A stretch of 64,000 nucleotides of DNA from Candidatus Methylacidiphilales bacterium (GTDB lineage: Bacteria; Verrucomicrobiota; Verrucomicrobiia; Methylacidiphilales; JAAUTS01). Each line of letters begins with the position of its first letter. Within the stretch, counting starts at the first letter, position 1. The DNA is taken from NCBI GenBank assembly GCA_038250235.1, contig JBBSCO010000001.1, positions 64,500 through 128,499 on the forward strand, given 5' to 3'. Of this stretch, positions 8,974-18,753 are shown piece after piece. The position numbers were made by a program, and so were the translations under genes. The notes below the pieces were generated by a model. That model saw nothing but the letters and a program-made list of their open reading frames with translations. It was not told where the DNA came from and searched no databases.

Positions 8974-9317
8974 AGTTCGTTGTATTTTTTGTTGGAATCT
9001 TTGGCTTTGTCCACGGGATAACGCTGCTCGTTCCTCTCCAGTTTTTGCAGGATGGCGTTTTCAAGATCCACACCGCTGTTATGGGCCATTTCAAACAAAA
9101 GAATTGCGATGTCCGCCATTTCCGAGGCGATTTCCTCTTTTTTCTGTAATACTCGTTGCTCAGACTGGCTTGGATCCTGCCAAACAAAATGCTGGAGCAG
9201 CTCTGAGGCTTCTACGGAGATGGCGACGGCCATTTCCTTGGGCCCGTGATAAATCTTCCAATTACGGGCGTCACGGAAACTCAGGATACGTGAGGTTAGA
9301 CATGGGATAGTGGACAT
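8970..9317 (-). CDS. MazG-like nucleotide pyrophosphohydrolase (dCTPase/YpjD-like, single domain)
   Basis: FRDARNW...PKEMAVAISVEASELLQHFVW...EIASEMADIAILLFEMA...KLERNEQRYP shows the EExxE/D helix pattern. The start is taken at ATG 9317; the ORF is open to 9407. Its stop overlaps the rsmH start by 4 nt. Confidence 0.75.
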   Translation of the reverse strand: MSTIPCLTSRILSFRDARNWKIYHGPKEMAVAISVEASELLQHFVWQDPSQSEQRVLQKKEEIASEMADIAILLFEMAHNSGVDLENAILQKLERNEQRYPVDKAKDSNKKYNEL

Positions 9318-9500
9318 CGGCAATAACTTTGGAGAAGAGCGGGGGGCTTGAAAATCTTTAATCGCGGGGAACTTTTGCCCTTGTGGCTCGACAAGCTGCC
9401 CTTTCAATGTTAATAAAGTACGACTTTTTTCGTAAAAAGGATTCAGTGCAAGCCCGAAACCTGCTTCATAATACTTGAATTCAGTTTCCGGTGGCTCTGA

Positions 9501-12008
9501 ATGGGTATTGAGGGTATGAAAAAATCAAGGGGTAAAAAGGGTTCCCTGTCCTACGGGTGGATTGTCTGCCTGGCTTTGTTGTCCGGTTGGGCTTCCCAAC
9601 TGAGGGGAGATATTGTCCTCAGCAAGGCCGAACAGGAATTTCTCAAAAAGCATCCCGTCATAACCTTTGTCAGTCAGGAGAATTATCCGCCTTTTGAGTT
9701 TCTCGACACAGACGGGCAGAGTACCGGGATTTGTGTTGAGCTGGTACGCTGGATGGGTGCGGAGATCGGATTTACCCCGCGTTTTACCCACACCAATCTT
9801 CTCGAGGCCCAGAAAAACGTGTTGCTGGGACACGCCGATGTATTAACCAGTCTTTTTTACTCCGAAGAACGGAAAAGCCGCTTCGACTTCACCGAGGTCA
9901 TAGTCAATGTTCCGGCCTCCATCTTTGTCCCTGTTTCGACTCCTGATATCGAAAATGGAGTGCATCTGACAAACAAGATCATCGCAATGCAGCGGGGTGA
10001 TTATGCGGAGGAGTTTCTCAAGAAAAACAAGATCCCTGTTAGAATCGTTTACTCCAAGGATTTTGCAGGTGCCCTTGAACTGGTGTTGAAAGGAAAAGCT
10101 GAGGCCATGATCGGGGATGAACAGATTGTCCTCTTTGAGGCGACCGGGGCCAAATTGAATGCCAAATTCAAGATCGTTGGAAAACCACTTTATGAGGGCA
10201 TTAACTGCATGGCTGTCAAAAGAGGGAACGAGGTTCTGCTGGGAATACTGAACAAAGGTATTCATGAGGCCAAAAAGCGTGGTATTTTTGACCAGATCTA
10301 CCGCAAGTGGTTGGGAACCAATCCGGTGTCTGAAGAAAGTTTTTTCGAACGAAAACGCTCGGAAATCATTTTTGTGGCGGTGCTGCTTGTGGTGGTTCTC
10401 CTGATCGTGGCCGGATGGAACATTCAGCTCAGGATGATGGTCAGTCTGAGAACCATGGAGGTCAAAAAACGCGAATCGGCCTATCGCGCACTGACGGAAA
10501 ATTCCATGGATCTGATTATTCGGCACGATCAGTCGCTGCAGATTATCTATGTCAACCTTGCGGCTGCCCGCTTTGTCGACAACAGGGTTCGTGATTTACA
10601 TAATGTCACCCTGCATCAGGCCGGCTTCACCCTGGAAATGGCCAAAGAATGGGAGGAGGGGATACGGGAGGTGTTCACGACGAACAGGGCCAGGCGTCTT
10701 TTACTGGAGAGTTATTCCGGCAAGGACAAACTCTGGCTCGATTGTCGGCTGGTTCCGGAGTTTGGAGCGCAGAACCAGGTGGAAACGGTTCTCAGTACCT
10801 GCCGGGATATCACAGAAACGAAGAAAGCAGAGGAAGACCGCCGCATTTTGGAACTACAGATGCAGCAGGCCCAAAAGCTGGAGAGCCTCGGGGTCATGGC
10901 GGGTGGAATTGCCCATGATTTCAACAATCTCTTAACCATCATCCGTGGAAATGCGGAGCTGGCCTTGATGGAGGTGTCACAGGATGCACCATCCCGGCCT
11001 TTCCTGTTGTCGATCGATGAGACGACACAGAGGGCCGCCGATCTTTGTTCGCAACTTCTCGCCTACACGGGCAAGGCAAAATTTGTCACCAAATCCATTG
11101 ATTTGAACGCGCTTCTTCATGAGACCATGGATCTTCTTGTAGTTTCGCTGGCCAAGCGTGCCTCGTTGGATCTTCGACTGAAGGACCGGCTTCCCCTGAT
11201 TGAAGGCGACCAGACCCAAATTCAACAGATCCTGATGAATTTGGTTCTGAATGCAGCTGAAGCGGTGGAAGAAAAGCACGGCCTTGTTGTCATCGAGACA
11301 GGCTTTGAGAATTGTGAAACCTCGTTTATCCAGAACATCAGTGCAGGCTCCACTCTTACCTCCGGAACCTATGTTTACTTTAAAATCCTTGATAATGGCT
11401 GCGGTATGAGCGAACAGACCATGTCCCGCATCTTTGATCCGTTTTTCACGACCAAATTTACCGGGCGGGGTTTGGGTCTGGCCGCGGTGCTTGGGATTGT
11501 CAAAAGTCATAGCGGTTTTTTACGAGCCCTAAGCACTTTTGGGGAAGGTTCGGAATTTACCGTCTGGCTACCAACAATAGAAAATCAGACACCGGGGGTA
11601 AAAATAGTTGGGAATGTTATTCAGCAGGCTTGGCGGGGAAAAGGGATGATCTTATTGGCCGATGATGAAATTTCCGTGCAACGGGTCACCCGTCGCCTAC
11701 TGGAAAAGGCGGGTTTTGATGTAATTGTGGCGGCGAATGGGAAGGAAGCGGTCGAACTTTATACTCAGCACCGCCAAAAGCTTGTCTTGGTTCTTTTGGA
11801 TCTGACCATGCCGGTAATGGACGGGATCGAAGCGATGCGAAAGATGAGAGAAATTCAGCCAGACATCAAAGTCATCCTTTCCAGCGGCTACCATGAGTTG
11901 GAGGCCAAAGCATTGTTGAAGACAAACGAGCTGCCCCGGGCTTTTTTGGAGAAGCCCTATTCCTTCAACGACCTGCTGAAAACCCTGCGCATGGCTATCG
12001 AGGAGTAG
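9501..12008 (+). CDS. Hybrid sensor histidine kinase/response regulator with a periplasmic solute-binding (PBPb) sensor domain, PAS, HisKA, HATPase and REC domains
   Basis: A signal/TM segment is followed by an SBP_bac_3-like region (ITFVSQENYPPFEF), a second TM, a PAS region, the H-box GGIAHDFNNLL, the N/G boxes LNAAEA...DNGCGM...GRGLGLA, and a REC domain (LLADDE...LLDLTMPVMDG). Confidence 0.9.
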   Translation: MGIEGMKKSRGKKGSLSYGWIVCLALLSGWASQLRGDIVLSKAEQEFLKKHPVITFVSQENYPPFEFLDTDGQSTGICVELVRWMGAEIGFTPRFTHTNLLEAQKNVLLGHADVLTSLFYSEERKSRFDFTEVIVNVPASIFVPVSTPDIENGVHLTNKIIAMQRGDYAEEFLKKNKIPVRIVYSKDFAGALELVLKGKAEAMIGDEQIVLFEATGAKLNAKFKIVGKPLYEGINCMAVKRGNEVLLGILNKGIHEAKKRGIFDQIYRKWLGTNPVSEESFFERKRSEIIFVAVLLVVVLLIVAGWNIQLRMMVSLRTMEVKKRESAYRALTENSMDLIIRHDQSLQIIYVNLAAARFVDNRVRDLHNVTLHQAGFTLEMAKEWEEGIREVFTTNRARRLLLESYSGKDKLWLDCRLVPEFGAQNQVETVLSTCRDITETKKAEEDRRILELQMQQAQKLESLGVMAGGIAHDFNNLLTIIRGNAELALMEVSQDAPSRPFLLSIDETTQRAADLCSQLLAYTGKAKFVTKSIDLNALLHETMDLLVVSLAKRASLDLRLKDRLPLIEGDQTQIQQILMNLVLNAAEAVEEKHGLVVIETGFENCETSFIQNISAGSTLTSGTYVYFKILDNGCGMSEQTMSRIFDPFFTTKFTGRGLGLAAVLGIVKSHSGFLRALSTFGEGSEFTVWLPTIENQTPGVKIVGNVIQQAWRGKGMILLADDEISVQRVTRRLLEKAGFDVIVAANGKEAVELYTQHRQKLVLVLLDLTMPVMDGIEAMRKMREIQPDIKVILSSGYHELEAKALLKTNELPRAFLEKPYSFNDLLKTLRMAIEE

Positions 12009-12095
12009 GCTTCTTCCTTTGAGTCTTCAGTTTAAGACATACTTCTTAAGGGCGGGGCTTGGCATTTGTCGGAAATATGGGAGAGTGAGTAGCAG

Positions 12096-13262
12096 ATGCC
12101 CATTGACTTCAACCTCTACTCCGCCCTGATCCACCGGCCCGGGAAGCAGGGCTGTTTTTACGGTTTCAAGGATGCGGATGAGGAACTGGTAGGATCTCCA
12201 GACGATTGGCCGCTCCTTGAGGAGAAACTGAAGCATTATCAGGTTCCTGGTCACGACCGCATGCATCCCCCAGGAGCTGCCGTGGGCCATTTCAATTACG
12301 AGGGCGGGTTCCGCTTCCGCTTTTACCGCGAGCTCGAAGTGTTATCGACGGATTCCGTCTATGTGCCGACCAAACAACTCCAGGAAGGCACCAACTTTTT
12401 AGCTTCCAAGTGGGAAACATCCCATGAACTGAATGATTACAGCCGCATGGTGGAGTCGGCCAAAGAGTCCATCCGCCAGGGTGACATCTATCAGGTTAAT
12501 CTGGCCCGGAAATTTGAGCTGCCTGTGGAGAACTGGAACTCCGAACATTTTTTCAAAAGCCTTTGGCATACCACCCGCGCACCTTATGCCGGCTTTTTGC
12601 GCTATCAGGATACCGAACTTTATGCGGCCTCCCCCGAGCTTTTTTTAAGCATTCAAGGCAGGCGTATCACAAGCCAGCCCATCAAGGGAACCCGTCCACG
12701 CGGAACTGATGCCATGGATGACCGGCGGAACGCGCTGGAGCTGGCAACCAATGCCAAGGAAGTAGCGGAACTGATCATGATCACCGATCTTATTCGCAAC
12801 GACCTTGGTTCCATATGCGACTACGGAAGCGTGGAAGTTAAAGAGTTGGTGCGTTGCAGGACTTATTCGCATGTTTTCCATCTGGTTTCCACTGTGGCTG
12901 GACGTATACGGGATGAACACTCTCATCTACAGGCAGTTCAGGCCTGTTTCCCGGGAGGCTCCATCACCGGTGCCCCCAAACTTAGGGCCATGGACGTGAT
13001 CCGCGAGTTGGAGGGAAGGACAAGAGGCTTTTACACCGGGGCTTTCGGTTATTTCGGGTTTGACGGCTCGGTTCAACTGGCAATGTCCATCAGAACCTGC
13101 GAGCACCGGGGCGGCAGCCTTTCGTTCTGGACCGGCAGCGGTATTACGATCGATTCCGATCCGGTCAAAGAATTTGAGGAAACCAATTACAAGGCCCGTG
13201 CCATGCAGGACGCCTATCAACTGTATCAAAACACCCGGCCGGCGGGAGTTTCCGTCCCGTGA
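12096..13262 (+). CDS. pabB: Aminodeoxychorismate synthase component I (chorismate-binding enzyme, short form)
   Basis: GDIYQVNLA, SPELFL, PIKGTRPRG, KEVAELIMITDLIRND, FPGGSITGAPK and YTGAFGY are present. A 4-nt overlap with a PabC-like gene supports pabB over trpE. Confidence 0.82.
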   Translation: MPIDFNLYSALIHRPGKQGCFYGFKDADEELVGSPDDWPLLEEKLKHYQVPGHDRMHPPGAAVGHFNYEGGFRFRFYRELEVLSTDSVYVPTKQLQEGTNFLASKWETSHELNDYSRMVESAKESIRQGDIYQVNLARKFELPVENWNSEHFFKSLWHTTRAPYAGFLRYQDTELYAASPELFLSIQGRRITSQPIKGTRPRGTDAMDDRRNALELATNAKEVAELIMITDLIRNDLGSICDYGSVEVKELVRCRTYSHVFHLVSTVAGRIRDEHSHLQAVQACFPGGSITGAPKLRAMDVIRELEGRTRGFYTGAFGYFGFDGSVQLAMSIRTCEHRGGSLSFWTGSGITIDSDPVKEFEETNYKARAMQDAYQLYQNTRPAGVSVP

Positions 13263-13990
13263 CCGTTCCGTTCATTCCTATTGATGATCCCGGATTTCGC
13301 TGGGGATATGGCGTCTTTGAGACCATCAAAGTGCAGAATGGAATCGCGCTTTTCCACCAGATGCACCTGGAGAACATGTCAGAATCCGCACATGCAATGG
13401 GTCTGCGCCAGCCTTGCTTCGAGCGATGGAAAAAGGCCCCGGAAGGTCACGGTGTCTGGCGTTGGTACCTGACCCCCAAAATCGAAGAAAGCACTTGGGA
13501 AAAGGGTTATCCTACCCATAAAGAAAGTTTCAGCGTCCACTTGTCGGAATTGACCCTGCACAGCCAAAGCTGGGAAGCACGCTACAAAACGCTTTCCTAC
13601 CTTCTACGTTACCAGGCACGAAAAGTCATGATGGACGCCGACCATGACGAAGCCGTGTTAATGAATGAAAAAAAAGAACTGGCGTCGACCTGCATGTCCA
13701 ACCTGTTCTGGGTCAGTAATGGCAAAGTCTTCACCCCATCTCTGTCCTGTGGCTGCCGTGACGGCGTGGTACGCCGCTGGGTTATGGAAAGCTGGGCGGG
13801 AGAACTTGAAGAGGGAGCCTTCGGTCCGGAAGAATTGTTCCGTGCAGACGAAATTTTCCTAACCAACAGCCTCATCGGAATCATGCCGGTTTCATCGTGG
13901 CAGGGGAAAAATGTTTCAGGCCGCAAAGTCATTGTCCAACTCCAAGATTTATATCAGGCAAGTTGTAATCAGACGGCAGGCCTTTTATAG
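13259..13990 (+). CDS. pabC: Aminodeoxychorismate lyase / class IV aminotransferase-fold protein
   Basis: It has fold-type IV features (GYGVFETI; ...IFLTNSLIGIMPV) and a GTG start overlapping the pabB stop (GTGA). Confidence 0.7.
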   Translation: MTVPFIPIDDPGFRWGYGVFETIKVQNGIALFHQMHLENMSESAHAMGLRQPCFERWKKAPEGHGVWRWYLTPKIEESTWEKGYPTHKESFSVHLSELTLHSQSWEARYKTLSYLLRYQARKVMMDADHDEAVLMNEKKELASTCMSNLFWVSNGKVFTPSLSCGCRDGVVRRWVMESWAGELEEGAFGPEELFRADEIFLTNSLIGIMPVSSWQGKNVSGRKVIVQLQDLYQASCNQTAGLL

Positions 13991-14057
13991 AACAACGGGC
14001 GGGATACCGGTACTCCGTTTGCTTCACGTCTGACTTCTAACTTCTGAGGCAGGCGTA

Positions 14058-15575
14058 TCAATACGATTTGGCAAAGACCACGCGCTGTTTACTGGGCTTG
14101 CCGCTGAACGGGCAGGTTCCGGCCCCGTTGTCCCCGAACGGAATACAGCGGATGGTGACCTTAAGATCCGTTTTGATCTTTTCTTCCACGTCAGTATCGC
14201 CACACCAGTGGGTCAGTGCGAAGCCTCCATGGATCTCGGGTTTGCTGGCATTCTTCGGGGTAAAGAAGGCATAGAACTCTTCCTTGCTGTCGATCTTCTG
14301 CGTGTGGGTATTACGAAAATCCAAAGCGCGGTCGTAAAGACCTTTCTGGATTTCGGAAAGAATCCCTGACGCCTGTACCACGAAGTCAGCCTGGGGATAG
14401 GACTGTTTCGCTTTGGCGTCCTGGTCGCGACGGCCAACAAAAACGGTTCCGGCAGCAAGATCGCGGGGACCGATTTCCACACGTAGAGGCACGCCCTTCT
14501 TGATCCAGTCCCAGCTCTTGGCTCCACCCGCTTTATCGCGTGTATCGATTTTGACCCGTAGAAGTTCCCCATCCAACGATTGCATGCGCAATTCTCTGGC
14601 CAGCTTTTCGCAGGCCTCTAGCACCTGGGCCTTGCTGTCGTCTTTGGGGGTGACGGGCAGGATCACGATCTGGGCCGGGGCAACTTTAGGAGGCAGCACG
14701 AGACCGTTGTCATCGCTGTGTGCCATGAGAAGGGTCCCGATCAGGCGGGTGCTGACACCCCAGCTGGTGGTGTAGGCAAATTCGGGTTCGTTGTTGCGGT
14801 TGGCAAAACTGATGCCCGAGGCTTTGGAAAAATTCTGACCAAGGTAATGGGATGTTCCAGCCTGTACGGATTTGCGGTCCTGCACCATGGATTCTATGCA
14901 GAGCGTACGCACTGCCCCTGGAAAGCGTTCGCTTTCGCTCTTCTCGCCGGTCAGGACTGGAATGGCCAGATAGTCTTTGGCGAAGCTTTCATAGACCTTC
15001 AGCATCTTCTCTGTTTCTTCGATGGCCTCAGCGGAGGTTTCGTGCGCAGTGTGGCCTTCCTGCCAGAGGAACTCGGCTGTCCTCAGGAAAAGGCGCGGAC
15101 GCATTTCCCATCGGACCACATTGGCCCATTGATTGATGAGGATGGGAAGATCACGGTAGGACTGTACCCAGCGGGCGTAGGCGGCCCCGATGATTGTTTC
15201 CGAGGTGGGACGGATGATGAGGGGTTCTGTCAGTTTTCCGGCAGGCACGAGTTTGCCGTCAGGACCGGCTTCGAGTCGGTGATGGGTAACGACGGCACAT
15301 TCCTTGGCAAAACCTTCCACATGGGCGGCTTCCTTCTCCAAATAGCTCAAGGGGATGAAAAGGGGAAAGTAGGCGTTCTCGTGGCCTGTCTCCTTGAACA
15401 TGCGGTCGAGAGGCTGTTGGATGCGCTCCCAGAGGCCATAGCCCCAGGGTTTTATCACCATACACCCGCGCACTTCAGAGTTTTCGGCCAGATCTGCGGC
15501 GGCGATGACCTGCTGATACCATTCAGGAAAATCCTGGGCACGGGTCGGTTGGATGGCAGTGGTTTCGTTGGCCAT
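14058..15575 (-). CDS. proS: Proline--tRNA ligase, archaeal/eukaryote-like class II form
   Basis: FPEWYQQVI, GCMVIKPWGY, RPTSET..., the FLWQEGHTAH motif 2/3 region, and a C-terminal Zn-type domain ending in the conserved terminal Tyr (...FAKSY). Confidence 0.95.
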   Translation of the reverse strand: MANETTAIQPTRAQDFPEWYQQVIAAADLAENSEVRGCMVIKPWGYGLWERIQQPLDRMFKETGHENAYFPLFIPLSYLEKEAAHVEGFAKECAVVTHHRLEAGPDGKLVPAGKLTEPLIIRPTSETIIGAAYARWVQSYRDLPILINQWANVVRWEMRPRLFLRTAEFLWQEGHTAHETSAEAIEETEKMLKVYESFAKDYLAIPVLTGEKSESERFPGAVRTLCIESMVQDRKSVQAGTSHYLGQNFSKASGISFANRNNEPEFAYTTSWGVSTRLIGTLLMAHSDDNGLVLPPKVAPAQIVILPVTPKDDSKAQVLEACEKLARELRMQSLDGELLRVKIDTRDKAGGAKSWDWIKKGVPLRVEIGPRDLAAGTVFVGRRDQDAKAKQSYPQADFVVQASGILSEIQKGLYDRALDFRNTHTQKIDSKEEFYAFFTPKNASKPEIHGGFALTHWCGDTDVEEKIKTDLKVTIRCIPFGDNGAGTCPFSGKPSKQRVVFAKSY

Positions 15576-15628
15576 AAAAAGGAAAAGAGTACTGGGGAAA
15601 ACCTGCTTGAACAGCAGAAAATCAGCTT

Positions 15629-16051
15629 CTAAGGCCGGGGAATCGGCGGCGGGACGATGCGTCCCTGGGGAGTGAGAGCGGCCCAGACCCAGGAACTACC
15701 AAAGAGTGTGATACCTATGATGGCCCAACTTAAGTTCATCAAAAGTTTCTCCGGGGGCATGAGGGTTCCGTTTAGAATTTTTTCGGCAATTTCACCGGGA
15801 GTCTGCCCGGAATGAAGGATTATGTTGACCAGAATGCCAGCGCCCAAAAGAGTCAGTGCATACCCAGTTACGGACAAGACTAGTTGGCAGACACCGGCTT
15901 TTTTTCTTCCCGAGCACAAGGTGCCCAGGCCTGGGAAAGCCAAAAGGTTGAGAAGAATGAAAAGAACTTTGAGCATCTGGGCACCCGGCATTTTCCAGGT
16001 ATTCAGGTAGAGAGTTTGCTCCACAGAGTAATCAGGCTGACCAGAATGCAA
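15629..16051 (-). CDS. Hypothetical small membrane protein (3 predicted TM segments)
   Basis: Hydrophobic segments include LKVLFILLNLLAFPGLGTL, LVLSVTGYALTLLGAGILV and WAIIGITLFGSSWVWAAL. The start is uncertain (an internal MLKV... is possible). No family was recognised. Confidence 0.5.
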   Translation of the reverse strand: MHSGQPDYSVEQTLYLNTWKMPGAQMLKVLFILLNLLAFPGLGTLCSGRKKAGVCQLVLSVTGYALTLLGAGILVNIILHSGQTPGEIAEKILNGTLMPPEKLLMNLSWAIIGITLFGSSWVWAALTPQGRIVPPPIPRP

Positions 16052-16275
16052 AAAAAGATGGGAATCAGGGTAATTTTGAGCTCTTTTCCCAAAGAAAAAG
16101 CAAGTCGCCCAAGAGCACAGCTTTCCGGGATCCCTTTTCTTTTGAGATCAAGGGAACATTCAATCCGGGCCCGCTTATTCCGTATTTCTGAGAAAGGCAA
16201 GATCAGGATCAGACAAACTGAAATCCAAACCCAAAATAGGGCAGGGATAAAGTGGAGAAAGTTGACGTCGGACAT
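16003..16275 (-). CDS. Hypothetical small membrane protein (2 predicted TM segments)
   Basis: FIPALFWVWISVCLILILPF and LIPIFFCILVSLITLW are hydrophobic. It overlaps the downstream membrane ORF. Support is weak. Confidence 0.3.
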   Translation of the reverse strand: MSDVNFLHFIPALFWVWISVCLILILPFSEIRNKRARIECSLDLKRKGIPESCALGRLAFSLGKELKITLIPIFFCILVSLITLWSKLST

Positions 16276-16485
16276 CTACAAAGTATGGCGTAAACCGAAG
16301 CATTCTCCACATCAAAAATTCCTTGCTGATCTTCAGGCCTTGGTAATGCAATACCAGAGAGCAAAAAAAACTGTCTGGAACGGATTTTGGGTTATTGACC
16401 GGCTTAGCAGCAAGAAGTCTTGACCGGTTCCGACCACTTAAATAAGAATCAACCGATAGCATTTCCTGCCTTGCAAATATCTGCC

Positions 16486-17895
16486 ATGAACACTACTCCT
16501 CCAACCGTCTGCATTTTGGGAGCAGGCCCATCTGGTATTGCAGCAGCCTTTTTTGCCCAGCGAAAAGGTCTTCGTGTTGTTTTGATCGAAGAAAAAGACT
16601 GGGTAGGTGGGAAGGGGGCCAGCCGCAAGGTGGATGACTATATTTTCGATTTTGGTCCCCATGCCTACCATCCGAAGAGTGCTGTCATCAATGAGTTGGT
16701 CAGGTCCCACTCCGGGGCTGACTATCTAAAAACAACTGTTAGGATGGAGCTGATCCTGAAGGGGAAGAACATGAACTACCCCTTTAACTTCAAAGAAGCT
16801 TTATGGAAGTTCAACCCGTTCTTTTCCCTCAAAATTCTTGGGGATTATCTGCTGGCCAAGGTAAGGAATTTTTTTACTCCGCTTCCCGAGAAATCTTTTC
16901 GGGATTGGGGCCTGAAACAATACGGGAAAACTCTTTACGACCTCTGTTTTGGCAATTACACCGAAAGGGTGTGGAAAGTGCCGGCTGGACAACTTTCCGT
17001 GGAGCTTGCCCGACGTAAGTTGCCCCGGTTCAGCATCCTATCCCTTTTGCATGATCTGATTTATAGAAAAGGGAAGCTGCACTCGCACATTTTCACCAAC
17101 GAACTGGGTTACCACCGTGATGGGATGGGTAGTGTTTATGAGAAAATTGTGGAAGGTATCATTGGAAGAGGGGGGGAGTTGCTGAACGGATCGAAGCCCC
17201 TAAAGCTCCAGCACCATGCTAATGGAAACGGTTTTTCTCTTGAACTTGAAGGAACTGGGAAGCCTCCTATTTACTGTGATTATGTCATTTCGAGTATCCC
17301 TTTGCCGGAATTGCTTACTGTTTTGGGTCGAAGTGACGGGCGTTTTTTGCCCTTGGCCCCGAGACTCTCTTTCCGCCATATCCTGTTGATTTACGTGGTG
17401 CTGGAGATCCCCCGTTTTTCAAGAGCCCATTGGACCTATCTGGTGGACGACCGTTTTCATTTCCACAGAATCTCCGAGCAAAAAAATCTTTCAGCAGCTT
17501 GCGCTCCTCCGGACAAAACCGTGTTGACCATGGAGATCAGCTGTAGCGGGGAAGATCCGATGTGGAACTGGGAGCCCCACCAGTTCCGTGAAATGGTGAA
17601 GAGGGATCTGGCTTTTTTCAAAATCCCGGACGAGTCCATTCTCAACCTCTACAGCTCCAAGCTTGAGGATGCGTATCCGATCTATGCCATCGGCTTTGAA
17701 AAAGGCCTGGCTAGTTGTCTGGAGGAACTGGCCTCGGTTCCCGGATTGATCACAACCGGTAGGCAGGGACTTTTCCTCGATATTGATATGCATGACGCCA
17801 TGGTTCTGGGCGAGAAGGCAGTGGAGAGTGTTTTGTCGGGATCGGTTGCCACATTCTACAAGGAGAACAGCGTTCTTCTTAGGCGCCCCTTATAA
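16486..17895 (+). CDS. FAD/NAD(P)-binding oxidoreductase (amine-oxidase / protoporphyrinogen-oxidase / UGM-like fold)
   Basis: An N-terminal dinucleotide fold, VCILGAGPSGIAAAFFAQRKGLRVVLIEEKDWVGG, begins at ATG 16486; the ORF track starts at 16420. Confidence 0.75.
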   Translation: MNTTPPTVCILGAGPSGIAAAFFAQRKGLRVVLIEEKDWVGGKGASRKVDDYIFDFGPHAYHPKSAVINELVRSHSGADYLKTTVRMELILKGKNMNYPFNFKEALWKFNPFFSLKILGDYLLAKVRNFFTPLPEKSFRDWGLKQYGKTLYDLCFGNYTERVWKVPAGQLSVELARRKLPRFSILSLLHDLIYRKGKLHSHIFTNELGYHRDGMGSVYEKIVEGIIGRGGELLNGSKPLKLQHHANGNGFSLELEGTGKPPIYCDYVISSIPLPELLTVLGRSDGRFLPLAPRLSFRHILLIYVVLEIPRFSRAHWTYLVDDRFHFHRISEQKNLSAACAPPDKTVLTMEISCSGEDPMWNWEPHQFREMVKRDLAFFKIPDESILNLYSSKLEDAYPIYAIGFEKGLASCLEELASVPGLITTGRQGLFLDIDMHDAMVLGEKAVESVLSGSVATFYKENSVLLRRPL

Positions 17896-18748
17896 CACGG
17901 GTGCTGTACCAGGTTCGGTATTCTTCGAGCATCGCAGTCACGGGCGGAACCGTGTAGTTGATGTCCGTACGCAGGGAACGCAGGCTTCTGTCGATACATG
18001 GAATATCGGAGGTTGTGACTAGCGTTTCCTTGCTGTAAACCTCACGGATTTTCAACAGTAGATCGTTTTTCGAAAGCCTATCGCCTCCCAGATGTAGCAG
18101 GCCTGTGATTTCATTCCGTACGGCATAAGCCAGGAAACGGACCAGTTCCAAGGTAGTTACGCCATTCCAAAAGACCTTCTGATAACCTTCCACAGGAAGT
18201 TTTGAGAAAAGAAACCAATCCAGCAAACCATCTGCAGTCACCAGCGAGTGTCCGATTAACGAAGTCCGGATGCAGAGGTGGGGTGGGTGAAAAACTTCTC
18301 CCAGGATTTTTCCAAAACCGTAGGCATCCGTGGCATCAGGTACGGATTTTTCCGTGTACGAACCTTTGTCGCCCAGAAATACACCATCGCTGCTGATCTG
18401 GATCAGACGGCTGCCGTTGTTTTTTTTGTCCAGTTCATCCGCCAGAAGACGGGGAAATGTTGCATTCAGGTACAAAAGTTCATCAGGATTTGATCCTGGC
18501 CGGGACGCTTTTCCAGCGATGGCATTGATCACCGTGACATTGCCCAGGGATTTGAGCCAACGTGTGAACGTTTTTGTTTCCCGGACATCCAACAACGTGA
18601 GATTCTGGTCAATGGCCTGGATGCCCGTTGGCCGTTTAGCCTGGCAGTGGATGGATCCAGAATAAACTTCCAGAAAGTGGAGGGCCGCCACATGTCCGAG
18701 CATTCCTCCCGATCCCAGAATAACCAGTGCCCGTGGCTGTTTCCTCAT
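17879..18748 (-). CDS. RmlD-like NAD(P)-dependent sugar-nucleotide reductase/epimerase (SDR extended family)
   Basis: ALVILGSGGMLG is a Rossmann motif, and ISSDGVFLGDKGSYTE resembles RmlD STDYVFDG. The start is taken at ATG 18748; the alternative at 18790 overlaps the upstream gene. Confidence 0.65.
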   Translation of the reverse strand: MRKQPRALVILGSGGMLGHVAALHFLEVYSGSIHCQAKRPTGIQAIDQNLTLLDVRETKTFTRWLKSLGNVTVINAIAGKASRPGSNPDELLYLNATFPRLLADELDKKNNGSRLIQISSDGVFLGDKGSYTEKSVPDATDAYGFGKILGEVFHPPHLCIRTSLIGHSLVTADGLLDWFLFSKLPVEGYQKVFWNGVTTLELVRFLAYAVRNEITGLLHLGGDRLSKNDLLLKIREVYSKETLVTTSDIPCIDRSLRSLRTDINYTVPPVTAMLEEYRTWYSTRVIRGA

Positions 18749-18753
18749 CGCTA

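Noticed and set aside
15884-16423. A 179-aa basic ORF lies on the + strand, together with a 95-aa minus-strand ORF at 16175-16462.
   Set aside because: It is antisense to two hydrophobic small-membrane-protein ORFs and has no motifs. The highly basic, low-information sequence was treated as non-coding.
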